Source: Octopus sinensis (taxonomy: Eukaryota). Taken from it: DNA of 64,000 bases. The notes beneath the pieces were generated by a model, which searched no databases, was not told where the DNA came from, and worked only from the letters and a program-made list of their open reading frames with translations. Shown piece by piece: positions 52,964-64,000 of the stretch. The stretch spans positions 8,680,001-8,744,000 of the forward strand of contig NC_043022.1 of assembly GCF_006345805.1 (NCBI RefSeq), given 5' to 3'. Both the position numbers and the translations under genes were made by a program. Position 1 is the first letter of the stretch. Each line of letters opens with the position of its first letter.

Positions 52964-54038
52964 AGGTGTGTGTGCATATATGGGTACAGGACGTCACTAA
53001 CAGTAAACAGCATGAAGTACAAAAACAAATGAGTTACATATGCAAAAAATGAGAGAAAAAATGGAATTTAGAATTAAGTTAATGATTTATTATTTTGGTT
53101 CTCACTTGAAGTGTAAGCTTATTTAATTATCAAAAGCACAGACATAGATGTGTGGTTAAGAGGCCTGCTTTCCAACCAATTGGTTCTAGGTTCAGTTCCA
53201 CTGCATGGCACACTGGGCAAGTGTCTTCTACTATAGCTTCAGGCTAATGAAAACCTTGTGAGTGGATTTGGTGAATAGAAACTAAAAGAAGCTCAAGATA
53301 TATGTGTGTGTGGCTGTATGTTTATGTGTGTGTAGTAAGTTGGTGTGTCCTTGTCTTAACATCATGTATCTATGCAAGTATCTGTCCATGAGAAACATTG
53401 CCTAACATAGAAACAGGTAAGGATTGGTGATAGAAAGGGCATCAGGTTGTAGAAAAACCTCCTCAACAAATTTTGCCAAAGCCATGAGAACATGGAAAAG
53501 TAGACATTAAAATAAGGTTTCATTTGCTCACTATTTCAAGTATGTTAACATGCAACACACCTAGCTATTTGTTTGTCACGCTGAGAACATTCTTTGGTCA
53601 TTTCTCTCATATCTATCTACCTGTGTTGTTTTGGCAACAGAATCATCCCATTGAAATGTTTACATTGTGTTGGGTCCATAACATATCTGATTCCACTTTC
53701 TTAAGCTTTAGAAAAGATTTAGATTATATTGTTGGTGGTGGTATTGGGGTATTTATATTTTATTTATTTATTTGAGGCCAATTAAAGTTATACAACATAC
53801 ATTACTTTAAATACAAGTTTAGCTGTAAGGCGTAAAAATATAAGTTTAGATCTAATTTTTAAATAAAAATTTAGCTGTAAGGTTTAACTAGAAAATTTTG
53901 CTGTAAGGGTTATTTTTTTATATTTTTTACTATATTTTCCTTCCAGAAGACATTCTTCAATTCAGTTTTAAAAAAACCCAGCTAAAAAACAAAAATAACT
54001 TTGAGTTTATTTGTTTCTATTGTTTTACTTTTTATAGT

Positions 54039-54078
<40 letters not shown>

Positions 54079-55289
54079 GTGTGTGTATGTGTGTGTGTAT
54101 ATATATATATATATACATACATGTATGTATGTGTATATGCATATATATAGGTATATATGTATATGTGTCTATTGTTTCGTCTCTTCCATTGTATTTAATT
54201 TTTCAGTAAGTTTGTCTCTTATATATATATATACATATATAGATATAGATACACACACACACACATACATATATATACCTTTAAATGATGAATCTTTGAA
54301 GTGACACCAAGCAAGATTTTGAGACCATTTTTTTCTTTTTTCTTTTATTTATTTATGTGTTTATTTATTTTGGTCTCAAGGTAATTCAGAAAGTCTGAAT
54401 AGATGAATTTAGAAGATCCTAATGAGACGGATGTCATATTTTCAGACGTTTATTTCTTTACACTCTGAGTAAATGTTACCATAGTTTTTGACAGAACAAA
54501 TATCTATAATGAAAATCTATTGCAGGAGATAAGTTCTAATGTGTTAGTGCAAAAAAACAACAAAAAATGAAGTTTAGAAAAAGAAATAAAATGAAGTCAA
54601 GAAACAACAAACAGTTGTGTGTGTGAATTTTCATTGTAAATATTCATGGAAAATATCTTAGAAAAAGATGAATACAAATGATTTTTAGATAGATAAAATA
54701 GAGAAAACAAACAACAAAAACTAATAATAATTTATAAAATAATATAAACCCCTCTAAGGTAATAACCATATACAAAAATAATAAAAATTATAAAAACAAC
54801 AAATTGAATGGAAAACTAAATTGTTTAAAAAAAAATCTTTTTTTCCTGTAGGACACAAGACATTGTAGATGGAATAAAGAATGAAACTTTCTGCAGGGTT
54901 TCTTAAATGTTCCAGCTAATGCCAAACGCACACTACACACACACACACACAAATGCATATTTATATACAAACTCATGCACATATACACATATTCACATAT
55001 ATGTGCATTTTATACACACACACATGCATACATACATATATCAAGTGCTGGCATGGCTGTGTGGTTAAGAAGTTCACTTCCTGGCCATATGGTTTCTGGT
55101 TCAGTTCCACTATATGGCACCTCAGGCAAGTGTCTTTTGCTATAACCTGAAGCCAGCCAACACCTTGTGAATGAATTTACTAAATAGAAACTATACGAAT
55201 CCCTCTGTAAGCACACACACACGTGTGTGTATGTATATATATATATATATTGGAAGTCACTTGATCCTGTTATCTCCCCTACTGTCCCT

Positions 55290-55510
55290 CTCGTGTCTGA
55301 CCACTGTCCGAAGTCAGGACGCCATGATAGATCGATAGCTCCTACACGCATTTTTTTCTCTCTTTGTTTTTTTCTGTGTATTTTCTGTCGAAGAGCATAG
55401 GCTCGAAACATAAAAGACTTTCTATTTCTATTCCTGAGTGCTATACTAATACATTTGTTTGTTTGTACTACACCTGCCTTCGTCTTTTGTTTATTTTCGT
55501 AAACTTTCCC
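55290..55510 (+). mobile_element. Penelope-like pseudo-LTR remnant with degenerate hammerhead core
   Basis: TTTTCTGTCGAAGAGCATAGGCTCGAAACATAAAAGAC (stem II GAGC/GCTC, GAAAC) within a discrete non-microsatellite block between TA runs. Confidence 0.5.
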
Positions 55511-55541
<31 letters not shown>

Positions 55542-56929
55542 CGCATATATATAATATATATATGTAGTATTTACTTACATATATATGTATATACATATGC
55601 ATAGATGGGTACAGGACATCATAGAATGTAAACATGAAATACGAAAACATGGAATATGAACTTTTTTTACAAACAATGACAGAAACAATTGGAAAACAAG
55701 ACAAGCAACATAAAGAACGAGCCTTCATCATTTGTATCCTATGTCAACACTCTTGTAAATACCAGCTGATAGAATATATGCAAGTGGACAGTCATCTTTA
55801 CAGGAAACCATTCATACAAGCTGAAATTCCAGGGCTAATTTCTCAGTCACAAACTATAATACAGTAAATCCAAGAAAAGAAGTCACAGTATTACATTTAT
55901 TCCTTAATTACAGTTGTTTCAGAAATACATAATTCAGATACATTTTGAAATATAAATTATTGTGTAATATATTTTCTACTATAGGCACATGGCCCAGTGG
56001 GTAGAGTGTCAGGTTCACAATCATGAGGTAGTAAGTTCAGTTCCTGGACCAGGCTCTGTGTTGCGTTCTTCAATGAGACACTTAATTTCATGTTCCTCCA
56101 CTTCACTCAGATGTAGAAGGGAGTTGTGATATCACTGGTGCCAAGCTGTGTCGTCCTTTGCCTTTCCCTTGGATAACATCAGTGGCATGGAGAGTCTGGT
56201 AGGCATGGGTGACTGCTGGTCTTCCATAAACAACCTTGCCTGGATATGTGCCTTGGAAGGTAACTTTCTAGGTGCAGTACCATGGTCATTCATGACTGAA
56301 GGGGTTTTTTTACTCTTTACTATAGGCACAAGCCTTGAAATTTTGAGGGAGGGGTCAAGTCAATTTTGCTTAACTGGTACTTATTTCATGGACCCCAAAA
56401 GGATGAAAGGCAAAGTCGACCTCAATGGGATTTGAGCTCAGAATGTGAAAAACTGAAGAAATGCTGTTAAGCATTTTGTCTAGTATGCTAACAGTTCTGC
56501 CAGCTAACCACCTTGTTATTGTGTAAGATGTATATGTGATCTATGTTCATTTCATCAAGCAATGGTATAAAATGTTATATGTATATGTTTGTAGTAGTAT
56601 ATGCATGTATGTATATGTGTATGATATACAACTGAGGGAATGGGCACACTCTACTTCTCACAAAAAGGACAATCTGTGCATGGTGAAGTTGTTGACAATT
56701 TCCTGCTCTGTTCTGTTGAAGATGTATGGAATGGGTACTAACTTATTTGAAAAACAAACAAAGGTTAACTGCAAGAATGGCATCTGACTATAAAAACAAT
56801 GCCCCAATGATAATATGTATTCATTGAACTGGTGTCACTATGGGGAAATGAGCATAATATTTGAACGAATGAACGATGGTTTTAGAATTTTTCCAGTGAA
56901 AGGAAATACTTAAATTTTTTTCATATATG

Positions 56930-57325
56930 TAGGTGCAAGTATGGCTGTGTGGTAACAAGTATGCTGCCCAAAGACAAGGTCTCATGTTCAGTCCCACTGC
57001 GTTGCATCTAGGTCAAATGTCTTCTACTATAGCCCCAAACCAGCCACAACCTTCTGAGAGGATTTGGTCAACAGAAATTGAAAGAAGCCCATCACACACA
57101 TATGTCTGTGTGTCTGCATTTGTATTTGTTCCTACATTGCTTGACATCAGTGTTGGTCTGTTTACAGCCTCATAACTTAGCAGTTCAACAAAACTAATCC
57201 AATAGAATAAGTACCAGAATTAAAAAAAAAAATACTGGTGTTAATTTGTTTGATTAAAACCCTTCAAGACGGTGCCCCCACTTGGCCTCATTCCAGTGAC
57301 TGAAAGTAAAAAAAAGATAAAATAT
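56930..57325 (+). mobile_element. SINE family A, older copy (other fragments at 33345-33530, 33795-33960, 37830-38220, 41245-41412, 48860-49015, 53135-53330, 55045-55210, 61787-61905, 63215-63350)
   Basis: AGGTGCAAGTATGGCTGTGTGGTAAC head, ATGTTCAGTCCC B box, GGCAAGTGTCTTCTACTATAG-type core. Confidence 0.7.
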
Positions 57326-57439
57326 ATTTGCCTAGAACTTGAGTATCACTTTCTGTGGAACTGCTAAACTGAGCAGCTACGTTTTCTTATGCGGAGAAAA
57401 GTTGGCTCACTTGAAGGTTATGGGATTTCATTTAAAAGG

Positions 57440-57540
57440 GCATGAGGTCACGTGACATATTTAAACTGCTGTCTGTGTACTGTGTTTTTTCTGATATCAG
57501 TGTGAAGAGGCCATGCAATCAGAAAGGATTGGCGCCACTA
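57440..57540. promoter_or_regulatory. Candidate cis-regulatory cluster (GTCACGTGAC E-box, TATA-like, reverse CCAAT)
   Basis: GTCACGTGAC 57447-57456, ATATTTAAA immediately after, CTGATATCAG palindrome 57491-57500, GATTGG 57527-57532, in non-repetitive sequence. Confidence 0.3.
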
Positions 57541-58219
57541 ACAAGTCAAAGAGTTCATCTGATAAGTAAAAAATTGTTCTGAGACAAAAATTAAAGTTGA
57601 GAAATTTGACAGGAGCTTACTGATATATTTTCATGCATGTGTGTGTGTACATGCATGTGTGTGTTTATGTGAACATTGAGTGGTGACAATGGCATGCATC
57701 TGGATACACAGACATGCGCATATATATATGTGTGTGCATACACACACATGTACAAAAAATTCTCAGTAGTATAGGGAATGAATTAAAGAAAGTAAAAAAA
57801 TAAACGATTATAAAATAAAGATCAGTAAGTGAAACTGAAATCCTGTTTTCTTAAATTTTTATACCAAAAAATGAATATGTAAGTCTATTGCTTTCATCCC
57901 ATTGGGAGTGTTCAAGCCATTGCAATTTTTTTTTTTTCTGCTTGGCTATATTATTGTTTATGTTGCTTGAACCAGAGTCGTTTAGTCGTGAAAAATATTT
58001 TTCATAAAATCATCTCTTAAGCATTTGTTGAAAAGAATAAGAATAACAAATTTGCTGTTGCTGAGAATTCCTAACCATTCACTTAAGAGTTGTTCACCTC
58101 AGTTCCACATGACATGCTTGCTGTTTGTGTTCTCAGTCATTCACATAGGGAATTCCTGATTTGGCTGATGTAATTTTCTCTCTAAGTGGAACAGATTATA
58201 CAGCATATTAGGTTTGTAG

Positions 58220-58476
58220 TTCATGTCTGCATTTATCTTGTAAGATCTTGCGTGGTTCCTAGATACTCCTCGGCTGCTACATTCTGTGCTACTGTCTGCA
58301 TTGCAACCTTCCAGGATGGCTAAGGTGCCCCAAGTGTTGAAACCAGGCCAGTCTAAGATGTCAATTGACTGTAGAGTAAATTATGCCTTCTGAAATTTAC
58401 TTCCATTCCTACTTTATCAAATCCAGTTGGAAGTCTTCTCAGCTGCTTCTGCCGTTGCTTTAAGAGCTCTGGTTCT
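58220..58476 (-). mobile_element. RLE-type non-LTR (HERO-like) retrotransposon 3' remnant
   Basis: Minus frame RTRALKATAEAAEKTSNWI* resembles the HERO-clade C-terminus (..RAIK..EAAEKASRWLW), followed by a GC-richer putative 3'UTR. Confidence 0.45.
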
Positions 58477-58859
58477 GTGTGAGTGAATGTATGAGTGTGT
58501 GTGTGTGTGTGTGTGTGTGCAAAACAACTTGCAAGTTTGAGGCCAATTTTTAAAGCTCTAGTGATCATCTTAAAATACTGGACTATAACAATATTTTTAA
58601 AATCAAGAATACTGTTTATCAATTCCATTTTTTAAACATTTTTTTCATTAAAACTTCAAGAAAATTCAATTTAAATCTACAGTATTTACAGCTTATTAAA
58701 CATACTTTTAATAGCTGGTCTTTTTTATCTTAAATGTTTACGTAGATTATATAGAAAGCAAACTTAAACACATCAGCTCTTCTTCCACTAAACCTAAGTA
58801 ATCATTTACTTTTCTGTTTCATTCTGTCCCAGTTTCTGTAAAAGTTCTTATTGCATTTA

Positions 58860-58871
58860 TTATTATTATCA

Positions 58872-58945
<74 letters not shown>
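58860..58945. repeat. (ATT)n microsatellite
   Basis: Long near-perfect TTA run with one CAT interruption. Confidence 0.95.
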
Positions 58946-60078
58946 TTATGGGTTTTTTTTAATGCTAATTTAATCTAAATCTTATATATTAATGTTATGG
59001 ATTTATCTAATATGATTCTGCCTCCAGTTATCATATTTATTGATATTTTGCATTTAGCCAACATCTTACTCCAAAACTAAATTAGATATTTGTTCTGGAA
59101 GTTTATTTTAAAATTGTTTTCATTTTAATTGTAGTGATCAGTTGGCTAATTACAAATCTCTATTGCTTAAATTTCTTTCTGTATATGATTTTTTTCCCCA
59201 GTTTTAAGTAAATTACAAATAGTGATAAAATTCCATTAACCCTTGTAAGTACAAAACGTGATGAAGAAGTCATACTATTTTATGTTGCTTGAAAACCATA
59301 CATAACCTTAAAAAACATAGTGTTTTGTAATACAGTTCCTTTTGTTATTGTTGTATCTTAGATCTGTCCTGATCAAGTAAACGTATGATAAACATACCTT
59401 CCAGGCATGACCATCCTATCCTGTCTTTTATTCATACTTATTTTACCTAACGTGTCTTTTTTTTTTAAAAGGGAGGATGTGATTTGAAGGAGTTTGGGAT
59501 ACTATTTCTTGGAAAGTGATAGGCTGTGTAGAATTTCTGTCATTGGCTCATGTGTACATTGTTGTTCAACCCAAGGTCAACTCTCATCAAGCAGAGCTTT
59601 GATCAGAAGGCATTTCTGCTTTGGTCATCATTTATTTACAGAGTGTATCTAGAGCTTCATTTTCCACAGTGATTCTGATTTTTTTAAGGATCTAATCATA
59701 TTTAGCTTCTATTTCTTGCAAGAGAAGCAATGATAAGGCAAGACCTGAGAAACTACTTAAACTGTATCATACATTAGAATGAAAGCCACAAGTTTATAGC
59801 AGAACTTGCACATTTATCAAGTGCAGTGACTACAAAAAATAAACCTGACAAAACTTGTGAATGAAAATGTAGAATTGTTTAAGGAGAATCAACACGACTG
59901 TAAAACTTTGCATATAATATATGTGTTTTTTTCACCAAAATCTCGTTTGTCAGTAAATAGTAAATGTGCTTTCTGTAGTTAAAGAGTTCTTTGACTCTTA
60001 TTTCTAACAATGCAGGTGCTCTCTCTATTATAAACAGTGAATTATATATATATATATATATACACACACTCACACATA

Positions 60079-60112
<34 letters not shown>

Positions 60113-60116
<4 letters not shown>

Positions 60117-60251
60117 GTTAGGAAGGGCATCCATCCGTAGAAACACTGCCAGATCAGACTGGGCCTGGTGCAGCCTTCTGGCTTCCCAGACCCCAGTTGA
60201 ACCGTCCAACCCATGCCACCATGGAAAGCGGACGCTAAACGATGATGATGA
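60113..60251 (+). mobile_element. Short RTE 3' end
   Basis: GGCGTTAGGAAGGGCATCC...GGAAAGCGGACGCTAAACGATGATGATG, inserted in (TA)n. Confidence 0.8.
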
Positions 60252-60255
60252 TATA

Positions 60256-60342
<87 letters not shown>

Positions 60343-60612
60343 ATATATATATATGGTATCAGCATTTTAATGTTTCAAAGCTTGCATAGGTTGGACAGAG
60401 TTTTGTTAGTGGATTATTTTTATAACAGAGTGCCCTTCCTGTTGCCAACCTTCACCTGTTTCCGGGTAAGGCAGTATTTTCCAATGATCAGACATGTCTT
60501 CACAGAACACTTCGTCCATGATGACGACACTCATTTACAACTATCACACAATGTCAAGGTAAGAAGACAGTGATGCACACAGACACACACACAACACACA
60601 CACACACATATA

Positions 60613-61083
60613 TAATGGAAATTGCAGATGTGTCACCAGTGCCGGTGGCATGTCGAAACTCTACTTGTGAAGACCCATTGAGGCAAGTGAGGATCAGAAT
60701 GGAAATCGATCAATGGAAATTGCAGATGTGTTACCAGTGCCGGTGGCATGTAAGAGAACCTTCCGTTTCGCGACCATTGCCAGCACCGCCCCGTTTCGTG
60801 TCCGTTGCCAGCCTCGCCTGGCCCTTGTGCCGGTGGCACATAAAAAGCACCATCCGTTCGTGGCCGTTTGCCAGCTCTGTCTGGCACCTGTGCGGGTGGC
60901 ACGTAAAAAGCACCCACTACACTCACGGAGTGGTTGGCGTTAGGAAGGGCATCCAGCCGTAGAAACACTGCCAGATTTGACTGGGCCTGATGAAGCCTTC
61001 TGGCTTCACAGACCCCAGTAGAACCGTCCAACCCATGCTAGCATGGAAAACGGACGCTAAACAACGATGATGATGATGATGAT
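60613..61083 (+). mobile_element. RTE LINE 3'UTR fragment with (GAT)n tail
   Basis: GTGCCGGTGGCA subrepeats, GGCGTTAGGAAGGGCATCC, CCCATGCTAGCATGGAAAACGGACGCTAAAC then GATGATGAT. Confidence 0.85.
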
Positions 61084-61095
61084 TATATATATATA

Positions 61096-61386
61096 TGGAG
61101 GTGCAATGGCCTAGTGGTTAGGGCAGCGGACTCGTGGTTTTGATTCGCAGACCGGGCGTTGTGAGTGTTTATTGAGCGAAAACACCTAAAGCTCCACGTG
61201 GCTCCGGAAGGGGGTGGTGGCGATCCCTGCTGTACTCTTTCGCCACAACTTTCTCTCACTCTTTCTTCTGTTAGCCTGCTCGCCTAGCCAGCGGGGTGGC
61301 ATCATTTGAAGGCTAAAACAATACGAAGCGCATTGTGACCAGCAATGTATAGTAACATCTGATAGCCTGGTCAGTCACGATAATGA
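61096..61386 (+). mobile_element. tRNA-headed SINE family B, full length
   Basis: Colinear with 17766-18070 (CTCCACG..GATCCCTGCTGT..CATTTGAAGGCTAAAACAAT..CATCTGATAGCCTGGTC). Confidence 0.85.
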
Positions 61387-61394
61387 TATATATA

Positions 61395-61768
61395 TCTCTC
61401 TATATATAAACGGCAGTTTGTCTGTCTGTGTGTCTGTCAGGTTGTACCCTCACCCTGACCACGACTTTCAACCGATTCTGATGAAACTTGACACACACAT
61501 AGCCCAATGTCATAATTCAAAACTAATGCAGTGAAAATTTTGAAAAGTTCCCCCAGTTCTGAAAAAAATCGATAAATTCGACATGGGGTCGAGAATCAGA
61601 AACACAAACTACAGACTCTCTAGGGGACGCAACTCGACCTTTTTAACTCTCAAAAAAAAATTTACCATCATCTTTGTTCCATTTTAAAATTTTTTGGCTA
61701 TAACTCTCTAAAAGTGCTTTATAGTTATTTCCCTTACAAACCTGAGCAACGCCGGGCGATACTGCTAG
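61395..61768 (+). mobile_element. Non-autonomous Helitron (374 bp), apparently complete
   Basis: A|TCTCTCTATATATAAA 5' end; subterminal hairpin CCTGAGCAACGCCGGG, then CTAG|T 3' end; A/T target with no TSD. Confidence 0.85.
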
Positions 61769-61933
61769 TATATAATAAATGTATATATATGACAGGTATC
61801 TTTCAGTTTGTGTTTACCAAATCCACTCACAAGGCATTGACCAACATGGAATTGAACCGGAACCATGTATTTGGGAAGCTTACTTCTTACCACACAGCCA
61901 TGTATACATATGTATATATATATATATAATATA

Positions 61934-61976
<43 letters not shown>

Positions 61977-64000
61977 CTGTTTGCTTTGAATATGTGACAA
62001 TTATTCAATAGCCAAGGTAAAACTCTGAGTTTCGGATGCCACGGTGGAAATCCACAACACCATCTCTTTGGTTATCCTTTGTTATCTTACCGTTTTTACC
62101 AATATATATATATATATATTGCATATATTATATAGTTTATACATGTGTGGTGTGTATGTGAAACATACATGCATATATGTATGTATGTTTTTATATAACA
62201 CATACACAAATGCACATACACACAGGAAAGTCTTCTGAAATATTTTAAGGTTTCTCAAGCATTTGTAGCAGCTATCATGTAGGATTGGCTGTAATAACAT
62301 TGGAACAGGGAGAGAGAGAAGAGAAGAGAAGAGACACATCAAAGTAGTCACTTTAATATTACCTACTGATAGCCTCTGTTGGTAATTAGTCAGCGTAATC
62401 AGTTTTGATCTGGAATAAATTCATTTGTAATGATGTAGTGGAAAAAATATAATGCTTCAAGCAGAAACCCTTGCATGGTGAGTGATGCCATCTGACGAAC
62501 GAGAAGGGTTCTTTTCTTCCTCATAGCCAAACCAATTTATTGGACTCTTCAGATTCTTCAGTTACTGTAACAGTTGTGTCATTTGCACCAAGTCACTTGT
62601 CCTTAGGTGCTATTTCAATAATAGCTAGATTATCATCCTTCTATGCAGAGAGAGAGAGAGAGAGGAACGGAGGTAGGTAGGTAGATATAGGTATATATAG
62701 ATGTATATGTGTACACAAACACGCACGCGTATGCACACACACACAGACACATACATATATACATACATATAGACATCAAACATTTCAATGTAAACTGAAG
62801 TTTTCCTGAAGTGCTTTATTTACACCTGGGAATCCTTATAGAATACTCTCTTTACCTGTTTATCTCTTCCCACTACTCACACTATATTTCATACACTCTC
62901 TTTCTCTCTCACTCACTTTCTCTCTCTCTCTCTCTCTCTCTCACAACAATATTGTAAAACTACCCACTTGTTCAATAATTCTCCTATGTTGTCAACTCCC
63001 ATCAGAATCCATTGATGTCTAGTCTATATTTTCTTGAACATTAAAATATTCAACATAAATAGCAAAGAAATAATCAAATACAACATCATTTAGTTGTTAT
63101 TGTCAGGTAATTCCCCCTGCTCAACCCTTGCCTCTCAGATGATCTTTTCACTTGTAAACATGTTAGCTAGCTACCCAGTTGATTAAAGTTGGCAAGTGGG
63201 AGCAGCTATTCTATGTTAAGCAGTGTGTTTAAGGGTGTTTGCTTTGAAATCACATGATTTGGGGCTCAGCCCTACTGATAGGGGATCTTAGTCAAGTGTC
63301 TTCTACTGTATAACCAGAGATTAACTAAAGCCTTGTCATTAAAATTGTGCGTGTATGTGTGTGTGTGTCTTTGTGGTCTTGCATGTGTATTTGTTTTATT
63401 AAGCTCTTATTAATAAATATTTTCATACTAAAATAAATATATTTATTCGAACGGCGGTGCCCCAGCATGGCCACAGCTCATGAGCTGAAACTAGATAAAA
63501 TAAAATATAAAATATATACTCTAGTATACTGAATTCTATTTATCCTGTTTGTACACTAAGACTGTCAAACCACCCATATATACACACATTTATAGATATA
63601 TACACATACACACACACACATACACATACATATGAGAGAGAGAAATTGATTGATAGAGTGTCAATGTAGATGACATAAATCAAAAAATTAGGCACTTGTG
63701 ACACTCGCTGACCTCCAGTAGCAGAGAGCCATTAGCCATTTTTTCCATACCAGCTACTCTGAAGAGCACGGTGATAGGTATTCTCCCAATTACTTAATTG
63801 AAACTGATTAGTAAGATTGGCTGAAATGGATCTATGTAATACTATCATGAAGGGTATGTTTTTATATCAATTTCTCATTTGAACAGTCATAATGACTTCG
63901 GTTGACCAGAGGCTATAGCAAAGGACACTACACTTCCATGGCCCTAGTATCAACCCCAAGACCATATCATGAGGCAAAGAAGCCTTGTTAACCACACTAT

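Noticed and set aside
62400-62630. Acidic coding-like stretch on the minus strand
   Set aside because: Interrupted by stops and not assignable; possibly a transposase relic but unsupported.

Overview
AT-rich, microsatellite-saturated eukaryotic DNA. I infer a coleoid cephalopod, most likely Octopus, from the repeat repertoire: several tRNA-headed SINE families, RTE LINE 3' ends with (GAT)n tails, and huge (TA)/(TG)/(CA) tracts. Only one host coding exon is supportable: a 75-nt, phase 0/0, + strand exon at 27678-27752 encoding [25 protein letters not shown]. This is part of the forkhead domain of a FoxJ2/3-type transcription factor. I could not find the preceding (..GWK|GT) or following (AG|GSYW..) exon, so the window appears to be >27 kb and >36 kb of intron around one small exon. 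The rest is mobile-element debris (RTE, CR1, Tc1, mariner, Helitron, Helentron/HINE-like, HERO-like and Penelope-like remnants, SINEs, foldback/MITE elements) plus tandem duplications. The most interesting unannotated signal is a set of minimal type-I hammerhead ribozyme motifs. One is near-canonical on the - strand at 18488-18534, with a perfect 7-bp stem I, CUGAUGA, a 4-bp stem II, GAAA and an AUC site. A decayed one lies on the + strand at 37208-37251, and there are several Penelope-LTR-like degenerate ones. Almost all ORFs in the supplied track are microsatellite or repeat artefacts. Family names were assigned from memory of motifs, not database searches. Repeat boundaries are approximate (about +/-10-20 bp) unless stated.
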